Position numbers and translations under genes: made by a program
Part shown: piece by piece, positions 46,598 to 56,241 of the stretch
How the letters are laid out: every line of letters begins with the position of its first letter
How positions within the stretch are numbered: the first letter of the stretch is position 1
From: a virus
Taxonomy: Duplodnaviria; Caudoviricetes
Strand: one strand, 5' to 3'
Length of the DNA: 64,000 nt
Virus record (IMG/VR): IMGVR_UViG_3300023213_000432
Span: 192,001-256,000 of that record
Notes under the pieces: generated by a model
What the model was told of the DNA's origin: nothing
Databases searched by the model: none
What the model saw: the letters and a program-made list of their open reading frames with translations, nothing else

Positions 46598-47206
46598 ATG
46601 AATAAAAAGTTCAACGTAATTGTTGTAGATTGTCCATGGAACTTTAATGATGCTCTCAAAATGTCTGACACTAAACGGAGTGCTCAGTCTAATTATAATA
46701 CTATGACCATGGAAGAACTTCAAAAACTTCCAATTAATCAAATTGCTGATCCCAATGGGTGCGTTTTAGCCTTGTGGTGTCCTGCCTCTTTGTTCAAATG
46801 TGGATTAGAAATTATGGAAGCGTGGGAATTTGAACACAAACAGATTTACACTTGGGTCAAAAGTAAAAAGAAACTTCCAAAAGATGTTCAGTTAGAACAA
46901 ATATTATCTTTTGGGATGGGAAGATTATTTCGAGGATGTAGCGAACATGCTCTAATTGGAATTAATTCAACCAAAATATATCGTAATCTTCAAAACAGAT
47001 CGCAACGCTCTGTTTCTTTTGCTTCTAATTTGGGACATTCGTCAAAGCCAGCAACCCTGCAAAACAGCCTAGATTTAATGTATCCACTTGCTAACAAGAT
47101 CGAATTATTTGCTCGGCAAGAAAGAGCAGGTTGGACATGTCTTGGCAATCAGTGTCCATCCACACTGGGCGAAGATATTTTTGAATCTTTAGCTAAATTA
47201 ATGTGA
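46598..47206 (+). CDS. MT-A70-family adenine methyltransferase
   Basis: VDCPW (DPPW variant), Y.TM..EEL..LPI, WVK, RGCSEH, HSSKP, IELFAR...GW...GNQ. Confidence 0.9.
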   Translation: MNKKFNVIVVDCPWNFNDALKMSDTKRSAQSNYNTMTMEELQKLPINQIADPNGCVLALWCPASLFKCGLEIMEAWEFEHKQIYTWVKSKKKLPKDVQLEQILSFGMGRLFRGCSEHALIGINSTKIYRNLQNRSQRSVSFASNLGHSSKPATLQNSLDLMYPLANKIELFARQERAGWTCLGNQCPSTLGEDIFESLAKLM

Positions 47207-47238
47207 ACTACTTTTGCTTAAAGGCAAAAGTAATTCAC
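47203..47238. mobile_element. 36-bp palindromic IS200/IS605 end remnant (two right ends back to back)
   Basis: GTGAACTACTTTTGC-TTAAAG-GCAAAAGTAATTCAC; its 3' half closely matches the copy A right end CTTTTGCCTTAAGGCAAGAGTAATTCAC. Confidence 0.72.
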
Positions 47239-47412
47239 GCCGGAGATTTTCAAGAACAGTGGCATGATGATTGGACGGCTTCTTAATCAACACCTAACCT
47301 CTTGATTACATAGATGATTTTTGAACTAAAAGCAAAGATGCGACAAGTCCTTGAAATGATTATCAATATCGATGCATTAATAATGTAAGCTTGTTCGATA
47401 TATGAGGACACC

Positions 47413-47658
47413 ATGGATCAAGTCAATTGTAATTGCATCGTCTGTGCTAGCGAGTTCAATCCTGAGGAACTGCAAAGTGTTGCCTTGTCCAAACTTAATA
47501 TCACTCGATTTAAAATTTGTCAATCTTGTTTGGATAGATGCGATCCAACTAATGATTATCGAGAAGCTAGAAGTATCATCAATTCTTATCTAGTCGCTTC
47601 AGACGCTAAACATCTCTTTGAAGACGTTCGCAAAATTCTAGATAATCAAAAAGAATAA
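47413..47658 (+). CDS. Small zinc-finger hypothetical protein
   Basis: CIVC...CQSC. Confidence 0.6.
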   Translation: MDQVNCNCIVCASEFNPEELQSVALSKLNITRFKICQSCLDRCDPTNDYREARSIINSYLVASDAKHLFEDVRKILDNQKE

Positions 47659-47811
47659 TTAAAAAATCTCGATAATGATAACGCCTCGTTCGTCATCTTG
47701 CTTTTTTTCTTTTAATGGAGGCTCTTGTGGCAACACCAGCTCGATATATAATGGTACGGGCTCTTGATTTTTTTCTTGCGGCTCAGGAAGAAAAGGATTG
47801 ATGTCCGCCAT
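47659..47811 (-). CDS. Small acidic/Pro-rich protein (50 aa, not in ORF track)
   Basis: MADINPFLPEPQEKNQEPVPLYIELVLPQEPPLKEKKQDDERGVIIIEIF*. Confidence 0.55.
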   Translation of the reverse strand: MADINPFLPEPQEKNQEPVPLYIELVLPQEPPLKEKKQDDERGVIIIEIF

Positions 47812-47837
47812 TATATTTAATATGTTAGGATATTGAT

Positions 47838-48035
47838 ATGCTGTGCTCCAATTGTGCTCAACTTGCCTATATGCAAACTCAAAAATCTTGCGTTCGATGT
47901 CAGAACGATGTTCATATGACCATCTCGGTGTTATGTGAAGGATGTTCAGCTACTGATAGAGTATGTTCTGTTTGCTTGAAGAAAATTGTTATTCCCGGAA
48001 TGCCTGCTAAGGGATGTGGTTGTGGTGGAAAATGA
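47838..48035 (+). CDS. Cys-rich small protein
   Basis: Four CxxC pairs plus terminal CGCG. Confidence 0.6.
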   Translation: MLCSNCAQLAYMQTQKSCVRCQNDVHMTISVLCEGCSATDRVCSVCLKKIVIPGMPAKGCGCGGK

Positions 48036-48559
48036 TCATCATTAATAATGAAGAAGCCTTACGTGTTAAATGCGAAGATGTTTTATCAGATGAAATAGGG
48101 AATTTAATATTAGCTCTGGAAACAGAGCTTAATCATGCTAATCGGCTTGGAAAAAGCGGCATTGGATTAGCTGCTCCTCAAATTGGAATTGCTAAAAACA
48201 TCGCTATTGTTCGGTTAGGAAATGGACTCAATCTAGATTTGGTTAATGCTAAAATTGAGAAAGGATATGACTCTACCATGTTTCGAACGGAAGGTTGCTT
48301 GTCATTTCCGGGAAGAATGGAAGATACTATGCGTTATCAGGAGATTTATCTGACTAATAATTTGGTGTCTCCGCACAATTTGATTGCTACTGGATTGTTA
48401 GCAGTCGTTTGCCAACACGAGATCGATCATCTTAACTCAATTCTATTTATGGATCGGGCTATTCCAAAGGTTGCGACAAATGATGTCGTTAAAGCTGGTA
48501 GGAACGATTTATGTCCTTGCGGTTCGTTCAAAAAATATAAAAAATGTTGCGGAAGGTAA
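48032..48559 (+). CDS. def: Peptide deformylase with C-terminal SEC-C motif
   Basis: GIGLAAPQIG, EGCLS, HEIDH; GRNDLCPCGS.KKYKKCCG. Confidence 0.95.
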   Translation: MIIINNEEALRVKCEDVLSDEIGNLILALETELNHANRLGKSGIGLAAPQIGIAKNIAIVRLGNGLNLDLVNAKIEKGYDSTMFRTEGCLSFPGRMEDTMRYQEIYLTNNLVSPHNLIATGLLAVVCQHEIDHLNSILFMDRAIPKVATNDVVKAGRNDLCPCGSFKKYKKCCGR

Positions 48560-48564
48560 ATTAC

Positions 48565-48780
48565 ATGGCTAAAGAAATAACTAACGAAGTTTTGATTGCA
48601 GATGCTCTCTTGCGATTGCGTGCCTTGGAAAGCCTCTTGATTACTAAAGGTATCATTACAGAAAAAGAGTTTGAAGAACAATTGACAGGCTTAACTAACC
48701 AAATCACCAAGGTACTTCTTCAAAAAGCTAATGTTCCGGGTGATTTGGACGACATCATTGCTAAATTGAAAAAATCGTGA
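48565..48780 (+). CDS. Hypothetical protein
   Basis: Coupled ORF. Confidence 0.6.
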   Translation: MAKEITNEVLIADALLRLRALESLLITKGIITEKEFEEQLTGLTNQITKVLLQKANVPGDLDDIIAKLKKS

Positions 48781-49070
48781 TTTTTATCTGTCAGGAAGAA
48801 GAGTTTAATTGGAAAACGGGAGATGTCGTTCTTTATTTCTATTTTCCTAATATGCCATATCACAAATTATTGCTTGGTGCTATGGACAAGATTGAAAAAA
48901 TGCATAAAGGTATTCGCATTCTGGGAATAGATGTAGAATATTTTAGCGTATTATGCCGAAGATTTGAAATTAAATCAGCGCCCACCACCCTGTTAATTAA
49001 AGAAGGAAAAGAAATTAAACGAATAGTTGGACTAATTGATGATATATCTTATTTGATGGGTGCCCTATGA
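48777..49070 (+). CDS. Thioredoxin-fold protein lacking CxxC
   Basis: IDVE....C.RFEIKSAPT.LLIKEGKEIKRIVG. Confidence 0.7.
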   Translation: MIFICQEEEFNWKTGDVVLYFYFPNMPYHKLLLGAMDKIEKMHKGIRILGIDVEYFSVLCRRFEIKSAPTTLLIKEGKEIKRIVGLIDDISYLMGAL

Positions 49071-49375
49071 TTACAAAAACTAAAAAATCAATCAATCCAG
49101 AAATTAAATCTGTTGAAGAAGTTTTGGGAGATTCCGAAGCGCTCAAAATTTGGATGGAAATCAAAGACAAACCTATTGCTATGTTTGCTTTACCCAATCA
49201 AGCCGTGAGCCAATATTGTGTGCCACAAGTGGTGGAACCAACTAAATTGTATCTTTTGACCACTGCTACGGCAGTTCTACCGGCTCTGGAAGCGGCTCTG
49301 AGTGGCGCCTATGTAGTGGAATTAGTTCATAAATTCGTGGTAGTGTCTCGTCCATCTAACCTTTTAGGAAAATAA
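49067..49375 (+). CDS. Hypothetical protein
   Basis: Coupled ORF. Confidence 0.6.
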   Translation: MITKTKKSINPEIKSVEEVLGDSEALKIWMEIKDKPIAMFALPNQAVSQYCVPQVVEPTKLYLLTTATAVLPALEAALSGAYVVELVHKFVVVSRPSNLLGK

Positions 49376-49377
49376 TC

Positions 49378-49863
49378 ATGCCTTTCGATGAAGAAGATCA
49401 GGATCAACCACAAACTCATAAAATTGGGCTAAAACAAGTTAGCTCTCAACCATCCATTTTTGATTCCATCCCTAAAAAACCAACACAGGCTGATCTAGAC
49501 CAGAGAGTAAAAGCGATGCAAGAACGTGACGCCACTTACAAAGCACAAGTAGCGGAATTTACTGTTCAGTTCAGTAAAATGATCAAGGATAAAACACTTC
49601 GACAAAATAAAAATATCATCCAGAAAGACATGGAAAAAGAATTAATGGATGAAATGATCAAATTTGCCTTTCAGGTCAATAAAGATCCGGTAGAACAAGA
49701 GGGAGCAGGATCTGTTAGTCTTATTCTTTTGCTATTGCGAGCAATATTATTTCAACGAGATAGAATTAATGAATTAGAATATAGTCAAGTGCAAATACAA
49801 AAAGTAATAGATCTTTTAGGGAAGGAGATCAAAGGACTTGACATTAAAAAATCAAGTGAATAA
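49378..49863 (+). CDS. Hypothetical coiled-coil protein
   Basis: Coupled ORF. Confidence 0.6.
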   Translation: MPFDEEDQDQPQTHKIGLKQVSSQPSIFDSIPKKPTQADLDQRVKAMQERDATYKAQVAEFTVQFSKMIKDKTLRQNKNIIQKDMEKELMDEMIKFAFQVNKDPVEQEGAGSVSLILLLLRAILFQRDRINELEYSQVQIQKVIDLLGKEIKGLDIKKSSE

Positions 49864-49868
49864 ACTTA

Positions 49869-50045
49869 ATGACTAAAGAAGTTTTATTGGCTTTAATTAC
49901 GGAAGAAAAAGACAATTTTGCCCGGTACTCTGAATTATGCACCCTTTACAAAGTGGAACCCGACCCGTTAGCCAGAGCCCGTCATCATGGGAAGATGGAA
50001 ATTTTACAGAATCTTTTGCAGGAAACGAAGAATCCAAAGATTTAA
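49869..50045 (+). CDS. Small hypothetical protein (58 aa, not in ORF track)
   Basis: MTKEVLLALITEEKDNFARYSELC...; preceded by TTGACA-N17-TAAACT (49838-49866). Overlaps the next ORF. Confidence 0.45.
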   Translation: MTKEVLLALITEEKDNFARYSELCTLYKVEPDPLARARHHGKMEILQNLLQETKNPKI

Positions 50046-50566
50046 TTACTCAAGCTAACAGTGTTTCTCTTCTTCGAATTTTTCAACATTATCGATTGCG
50101 ACTAGACGAGATCAATAAGAAAATTATTTGTCCCTTTAAATCTCATAAAAGTGGTCGAGAAAATAGCGCTTCTTTTTATTACTATCCAGAAACAAACAGT
50201 TTTTATTGCTTCGGGTGCTCTGTTGGTGGTAAATATGCTCATGGTTGTGAATTTGTGGCTTTGATGGAAGGTATCAATAAGCAAGAAGCAGCATACAGAA
50301 TTTTGGAATTGTTTCAGTCAGATGTTGATGAAAATGTGATCTGGAATGATGCCAATAATTTTTCGGAACGTTTAGAAATTATGATGGACTTTGCTCGAGG
50401 TGTTCGAGAATTTCGGCAAGCTCATACCGATAACAAATCCCAAGAGTTCATTGATAACATTTGTATGGTGTATGACATGTTGAATCTGAAACATGATCTC
50501 AACAATGAGGCATTGCGATCTATGGTGGCTCAGTTGAAAGATAGGATAGGATTGTTTATTACATGA
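49937..50566 (+). CDS. Stand-alone CHC2 (DnaG-type) zinc-finger protein
   Basis: CPFKSH...ENSASF......FYCFGC..GG; no TOPRIM domain. Start uncertain. Confidence 0.8.
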   Translation: MHPLQSGTRPVSQSPSSWEDGNFTESFAGNEESKDLITQANSVSLLRIFQHYRLRLDEINKKIICPFKSHKSGRENSASFYYYPETNSFYCFGCSVGGKYAHGCEFVALMEGINKQEAAYRILELFQSDVDENVIWNDANNFSERLEIMMDFARGVREFRQAHTDNKSQEFIDNICMVYDMLNLKHDLNNEALRSMVAQLKDRIGLFIT

Positions 50567-51753
50567 GCCGAGTGGTTATTCTAGGTGATCCGCATATTGG
50601 CAAATCTCAAAATCTTGGTCGTGTCGGACTCGGTGCTAATCTCAATAGTCGCGTGGCAGATCAGAGCAATTTGCTAGATTGGACGTTAGACCAAGCATTG
50701 GAACATCATGCCGGAAATATTATTATTACTGGAGATATTTTTGAGGATCCAAGACCTGCTCCTTCTCTAGTTGCTTTATTCATCTCTTGGTTAAAAAAGT
50801 GCCAGATGCACGATGTTAAAGTATATGTTATCATGGGCAATCATGATGCAGTGAGAAGTGGAAATTTCATAGTTTCTAGTTTAGATATTATTAGTGAGAT
50901 TGATTTGGATAATGTTAGTGTTTATAAGGACATCGACACTGCTTTTATTGGAACCGCAGCCTTCACTTTTATTCCGTTTCGTGATCGTAAATTTTTCGGC
51001 ACTAGTTCAGCGGCAGAAGCTTTATCTCTCATTCGAGAAAATTTAATCTATGAATTATCTTCTATTCCAATTACTTATCGAAAAGTGGTGATAGGGCACT
51101 TAGCCATTGAAGGCTCGATCCCGGTAGGTGATGAAATCGATGACCTAACTAATGAGCTTTATTGTCCCATTGAAATGTTTAAAGGATATGATTGTGTCTG
51201 GATGGGACACATCCATAAACCTCAAGTTCTTCATGAAACAATTCCGTTTGTCGCTCATATTGGAAGTATGGATATTTCTAATTTTGGGGAAGTAAATCAA
51301 ACTAAGCATATTATCATTTTCGATTGTGAAGAAGGAACGTGGGAAGAAAAACAATTACCCACTCGTCCTCTCAAAAAGATACATATCATTGTTCCCAAAG
51401 ATATTGAGAATACCACCTTATATGTGATGGAAGAGTTGGAAAAAATAGACGATTGGAATAAGTCTATTATTCGTTTGGAAATTTCACTGGCAGTTCCAGA
51501 ATTATCTTCCATCAATAAGTCGGATATTGAGAAGTATCTATTGGGTCATGGAGCTTTCAACGTGGCAGACATCACAGAAACTAAAAAAATGATGTTGATT
51601 AAAAAAGATGATAATACTATTGACACCAAAATGGATGTTGCTTCAGCTATTAAAACTTATGCCCAAACTTATGTGGAAGAAGAGTTGCGAGATGCATTCA
51701 TAGAGTTGGCTACGGAAATTCATAATATTTACAAAGAAAAACCTGTGGAATAA
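50563..51753 (+). CDS. sbcD: Mre11/SbcD nuclease
   Basis: GDPH, TGDIF, GNHD, GHLA, GHIH. Confidence 0.92.
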   Translation: MSRVVILGDPHIGKSQNLGRVGLGANLNSRVADQSNLLDWTLDQALEHHAGNIIITGDIFEDPRPAPSLVALFISWLKKCQMHDVKVYVIMGNHDAVRSGNFIVSSLDIISEIDLDNVSVYKDIDTAFIGTAAFTFIPFRDRKFFGTSSAAEALSLIRENLIYELSSIPITYRKVVIGHLAIEGSIPVGDEIDDLTNELYCPIEMFKGYDCVWMGHIHKPQVLHETIPFVAHIGSMDISNFGEVNQTKHIIIFDCEEGTWEEKQLPTRPLKKIHIIVPKDIENTTLYVMEELEKIDDWNKSIIRLEISLAVPELSSINKSDIEKYLLGHGAFNVADITETKKMMLIKKDDNTIDTKMDVASAIKTYAQTYVEEELRDAFIELATEIHNIYKEKPVE

Positions 51754-52104
51754 ATGTTCAGATCCTATAGTTATAAATATCTTGGATATGACAGTAAAAC
51801 TGATCAATGGCGACACGAAATCACTATCGTGGATGATGATTTTACCGAAGACGATGCCTTCGCCTCTTCCGTTCGCCCACTGATCCTCGCCGATGAAGCT
51901 GCCGCCGCCGTATCCGCCGCCTTAATCGATATTTACTCTCGAAGGAATCTCAATGTGGCTGGCAATCTAGTTTTACTGATGCAATATATAGAAAATAAAT
52001 GGCCATGTCGAGATATTAAGTCACAAATTGAATGGTATCAAAAATATGTTCCTGAGTATCCAAAATACCACGATCAAGTAATGGACTATCTAGTGTTTAT
52101 ATAA
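51754..52104 (+). CDS. Orphan paralog family protein, copy 4 (between sbcD and sbcC)
   Basis: IVDDDFTE, IYSRRNLNVAGNL, KYHDQVMDYL. Confidence 0.82.
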   Translation: MFRSYSYKYLGYDSKTDQWRHEITIVDDDFTEDDAFASSVRPLILADEAAAAVSAALIDIYSRRNLNVAGNLVLLMQYIENKWPCRDIKSQIEWYQKYVPEYPKYHDQVMDYLVFI

Positions 52105-52109
52105 TCGTC

Positions 52110-54341
52110 ATGAAACTTCTCCGTCTTTACATCAAAGATTTTATGTGTTATGAAGGCGCCTTTATTGACTTCACTCAGTTTAATAGCGCCGTTATCATTG
52201 GAAAAAAAGAGAACAATGATAACATTGCTAACGGTGTCGGTAAGAGCACTATTTTTAGCGCCATCGAATATGTTTTCTTCAATCAATCGGAATTTCCGTT
52301 AGAAGATGTTATCAGAGATGAAACCAATAAATGTCAGGTAGTAGTAGATTTTCTAATTGGAGATCAAGAATATCGGTTAGCTCGAACTCGAACTAAGAAA
52401 GGAAGTACCGATCTGGTATTGCTTCAACGTAACAATCAAGACGGCACCATTGAAGAGGCTTATCATATCACGGTAGGAGAATTTGAAGTGCCATGGGTTG
52501 AGAAAAAGCATACCGAGAAATATTGGAAGGAATTTTCTGGCAGTCGTGCCGGTGATACCGAAAAAGATTTAGCTAAGTTGATCAAAATTAACTACAAGTC
52601 TTTTCTGAGCACCACTTTGTTTCCTCAAAATGATATTACGGGTCTAGCCACAGCTACCGCCGAAAAGCGAAAAACCATTCTCAAAGATGCCCTTAATTTA
52701 GCTGTATATATTAAGTTGGAAAAGATTGCTAAAGAAAAATATGGACTTTTGTCCAAGGAAGCAGAAAAGAATGCTTTACTTATTGATAATTTGGGAGAAC
52801 CTCAAAAAGATTTGGCAGAGTGCCAGAAACAATTAGAATTTGCAGAGAAGTCATTATCCGAAAAAAAAATTATCTTAGCTGATTTGGAAAAAAAAGCATC
52901 TATTCACGATAACAAAATCAATGAACTTAATAATAATCTATCCAAATTAGAAAGCAAGTTTTCCTCCTTGGTGGAGCAAGAGAAATCTATACATTCTGAA
53001 AAGAAAACTATTGAGATGTCTATTCAGGAATATCAACAAAAAAAATTAGATGCTAACAAAGAAGCTCATCGTTTGGTGGCCCAAATTGAGAGATTAAAAA
53101 AAGACTGTGTTCCACTTAATGTGCTAGATTTTTATCGGATGGATGCTCTCACTGAGATCATTAACTCTCTTAGAGAACAAATAACCACTCATAACATTGG
53201 GATCAAAAGAAATCTAGAGGAATTAGAGGAATTAAAAATACCTATTCCTGAAGGAGCTGCTTGCAAACATTGTCGCCGCCCAATGAATGAAGAACATCGT
53301 CAAGCTTGTCGAATCAAAGATGCGGAACAGATGAAAGTTCTTCAATTTAGTATTCAACAAGCCAAAAAAGCTATCGTTCAATTTTCCGGAGAATTAACTA
53401 AATGTCAGCAAGAACACAATAGTTTGACCGCTTCCAAACAAAATCTGAACAAAATAAATGGTGAAATTATTGCCTTAGATAAAGAGTTTGTTAATCAAAA
53501 GGTATTTTTTGATGATTATTCAGATTTATTAACTAAGTTTAATACTACTTTGGTAGAAAAAGAAAGAGAACTCTTTAAAGTTCAAGAAGAACTCAGCAAT
53601 TCTTCTCTGGAGGAAGCTAAGTCTATTCGAAAGAAAATTGAAACAGAAAAACAAAACAAGCTGATAATCACTGATCATATAATTTCTGTTAATAAAGAAG
53701 TTAATCATTACAGCAACAATGTAGCCGTGATTCAGCACACTATTGAGCAAAGAAAGAAAGACGCCGCCGCCAAAGAGATGTTGGAAAAACAACGTCGTGC
53801 CCTAAATAATAAGCTGTCAGTGTATCCGTCTGTTATTCAGTCTTTTTCTTCTATGGGCATCCCAAAACTTATTATTCAGACCGTATTAGATGATCTTCAA
53901 ATGGAAGCCAATAATTTGTTATCTCAATTACGCCCTGATTTGCAGTTAGCTTTTTTTACCGAAAAAACTCGATCCAAAGATGGAGAACAGGCTGATACTT
54001 TAGATATTCAATATCATGTTAATGGGCGGAAGCGATATTACAAACAATTATCGGGCGCTATGCGACTAGCAGTAGCATTTAGTTTGAAATTGGGATTGTC
54101 TCTTCTTCTTCAAAAAATGTTGGGAATCGACATCAAGTTTCTGTTATTGGACGAAATTGATCAACCGCTGGATAAAGCTAGCACGGATGCGTTAGCTAAC
54201 ATTATCAGATTCTTTCAAAAGGATTTAACCATTCTGATTATCACGCATAATGATCGAATGAACGACAAGTTTTCTCACGCTATTTTGGTAGAACAAGATA
54301 TAAATATGATTAGTCGAGCCCATGTTACTTCTTCTTGGTAA
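52110..54341 (+). CDS. sbcC: Rad50/SbcC ATPase
   Basis: NGVGKST, coiled coil with CKHC hook, LSGAM signature variant, LLDEID, ITH. Confidence 0.93.
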   Translation: MKLLRLYIKDFMCYEGAFIDFTQFNSAVIIGKKENNDNIANGVGKSTIFSAIEYVFFNQSEFPLEDVIRDETNKCQVVVDFLIGDQEYRLARTRTKKGSTDLVLLQRNNQDGTIEEAYHITVGEFEVPWVEKKHTEKYWKEFSGSRAGDTEKDLAKLIKINYKSFLSTTLFPQNDITGLATATAEKRKTILKDALNLAVYIKLEKIAKEKYGLLSKEAEKNALLIDNLGEPQKDLAECQKQLEFAEKSLSEKKIILADLEKKASIHDNKINELNNNLSKLESKFSSLVEQEKSIHSEKKTIEMSIQEYQQKKLDANKEAHRLVAQIERLKKDCVPLNVLDFYRMDALTEIINSLREQITTHNIGIKRNLEELEELKIPIPEGAACKHCRRPMNEEHRQACRIKDAEQMKVLQFSIQQAKKAIVQFSGELTKCQQEHNSLTASKQNLNKINGEIIALDKEFVNQKVFFDDYSDLLTKFNTTLVEKERELFKVQEELSNSSLEEAKSIRKKIETEKQNKLIITDHIISVNKEVNHYSNNVAVIQHTIEQRKKDAAAKEMLEKQRRALNNKLSVYPSVIQSFSSMGIPKLIIQTVLDDLQMEANNLLSQLRPDLQLAFFTEKTRSKDGEQADTLDIQYHVNGRKRYYKQLSGAMRLAVAFSLKLGLSLLLQKMLGIDIKFLLLDEIDQPLDKASTDALANIIRFFQKDLTILIITHNDRMNDKFSHAILVEQDINMISRAHVTSSW

Positions 54342-54347
54342 AAGTTT

Positions 54348-54929
54348 ATGCTTAAAATTGCAATAACAGGAAAAGCAGCCTCGGGAAAAAATACAACCGC
54401 TAAAATTATTACTGATTTAATTTGTTCCGAAGCTCAAAAGTCCATTTGTTTGGCTTTTGCAGATCCTATTAAAGAAATAGCTCTCACTATGTTTCCTCAA
54501 TTGCCCAAGAAATATCTCTACGGTTCTTCCAAGTATCGTTCCAAGATTGTTTCGGGTGCTTTTAGAAATGGAGAGCCATTAACAGTGCGCCAACTTTTAA
54601 TTGATATTGGAACTGCGGGACGTAGTTACAATCCGGATGTTTGGATCGATGTTTTACACCATCGTTTGAAAGAGGCTCAAAAGGAAAATAAAGATTTGGT
54701 GGTGGTAATGGATGTTCGTTTTCGAAACGAATATGAATTTCTTAAAAAGATGGAATTTTATCAAATTAAATTGTATCGAGACGCTCATACCGTGATTGAT
54801 CATATCAGTGAAACCGAGCAAGATGCTTTACAAGATAGCCAATTTAATTGCATTTTGCATAATAATGGAGCTTTATATGACCTTCGAAGAGATATTCGAC
54901 AGATTGTGGAGTTGTTGCCAAACCTCTAA
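54348..54929 (+). CDS. Deoxynucleoside monophosphate kinase
   Basis: GKAASGKNT, AFADPIKE, RQLL..IGT..R, DVRFRNE, HISE. Confidence 0.88.
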   Translation: MLKIAITGKAASGKNTTAKIITDLICSEAQKSICLAFADPIKEIALTMFPQLPKKYLYGSSKYRSKIVSGAFRNGEPLTVRQLLIDIGTAGRSYNPDVWIDVLHHRLKEAQKENKDLVVVMDVRFRNEYEFLKKMEFYQIKLYRDAHTVIDHISETEQDALQDSQFNCILHNNGALYDLRRDIRQIVELLPNL

Positions 54930-54946
54930 TAATTTGACATATTTTC

Positions 54947-55264
54947 ATGAATGTTGATATTCTCAAAAGAGATTTTATTCCTAAATACTTGGCAGCAGGC
55001 GAACAGAGATTTTATCGATTTCTGCTAACGTATGCTCTGGATAAATTGGTCGGAATGGAAAAAAAGACTTACACTGGAATAAGTCCAGATTTGGAATTTT
55101 TGGAATATTACGAGCAGTTTTTAATTTTGTATCGACGAGAGGGCGAAGGCATGTATTTGGATCTCGCCGCACTTTTTAGAAAAGCGGGGCATAAAATTTA
55201 TCGAGTCCGTCTTCAAAAGGGAATGACTTCTCCCAATGCTAAATTTCTCCAATTGGTATCCTAA
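54947..55264 (+). CDS. Hypothetical protein
   Basis: Coupled ORF. Confidence 0.6.
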   Translation: MNVDILKRDFIPKYLAAGEQRFYRFLLTYALDKLVGMEKKTYTGISPDLEFLEYYEQFLILYRREGEGMYLDLAALFRKAGHKIYRVRLQKGMTSPNAKFLQLVS

Positions 55265-56241
55265 TGGTTGTCATCAGCGTTTCTATTACTCAATCTACCG
55301 ATCAAGTCGTTTCTGGTATTCCAAAAGTTGTTTCGTTATCAACTAACGTTCCAGCGACTATTTTCTACACTTTGGATGGCACAGATCCTACTCTGTTTTC
55401 CACCATCTATACCTCTCCTATTCATCTTCCATTTAGTCAGCTCTCCGTTACCCTCAAAGCGATGGCTACTGATGGAACGAATTTTTCTCCTATTGTAGTC
55501 AGCGTTTTCTCCACTAATATTTTAGATAATGCTCGCTTACCCCATACTAACACTAGCGGACAAGCCCAATCTAATGTTCCTGATAATTTTCCATTTGGCA
55601 CTCCTCCTATCCAACCCAACAATATCTTTACTAATCCTGCCGGCATTACTGTGGATGATCCTGCTTTGCCCACTATTCCACAAGGATTTGATGATAGTGG
55701 CAATCCGGGCTCTTTCACTAATCAACCATTTGATTTGACAAATTATAGTATTCAATATTCCACCACTGATGCTGAAGGGCAAAGACCCATTGGTGTCGGA
55801 AATTTGCCGGGTAGTGTAAAAACTAAGCAAGAAACCAAACCTCGAGAAGAGACTCAGCAATTTAGCAACATGTTTGATCCTCGAGCTTTAGTTATTTTTC
55901 AAGATGCTAGCTTAGCTAATCCAGATGATCCGGTGCAGATTAATCGTCAATTTTTCACTTTTGAAAATGTAGAAAAGGCACGAGACGGAGCTTATCTATA
56001 TAGTAGTGGAGTAGATGCGCCGCCTGTCAATGGATCTTTTGTTCGCTCCGCGTTTAATCCTCGAGATAATACTATTACTTATTATTACTTAGATAGCTGG
56101 AGTAATCGTTGGATTATTAGCAAACAACCATTTCAACCATCTGCTAATGCATTCGATGGCAATCTAACAGGGCCAGCAAATGCTTTTGGAAGCAGTAAAG
56201 TTTATGAATGGATTCCTCACCAGAGGCGTGTTTTGTTCTAA
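55264..56241 (+). CDS. Probable virion/structural protein with N-terminal Fn3-associated (chitobiase C-terminal-like) domain
   Basis: ATIFYTLDGTDPT....YTSPI...TLKAMA; P/N/T-rich remainder. Confidence 0.65.
   Translation: MVVISVSITQSTDQVVSGIPKVVSLSTNVPATIFYTLDGTDPTLFSTIYTSPIHLPFSQLSVTLKAMATDGTNFSPIVVSVFSTNILDNARLPHTNTSGQAQSNVPDNFPFGTPPIQPNNIFTNPAGITVDDPALPTIPQGFDDSGNPGSFTNQPFDLTNYSIQYSTTDAEGQRPIGVGNLPGSVKTKQETKPREETQQFSNMFDPRALVIFQDASLANPDDPVQINRQFFTFENVEKARDGAYLYSSGVDAPPVNGSFVRSAFNPRDNTITYYYLDSWSNRWIISKQPFQPSANAFDGNLTGPANAFGSSKVYEWIPHQRRVLF

Noticed and set aside
47224-47287. VIHAGDF resembling a metallophosphoesterase motif
   Set aside because: Overlaps the palindromic IS end, has no start codon and stops after ~20 codons.
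47743-47750. GATATATA as a promoter motif instance
   Set aside because: It lies inside the small minus-strand ORF 47659..47811.
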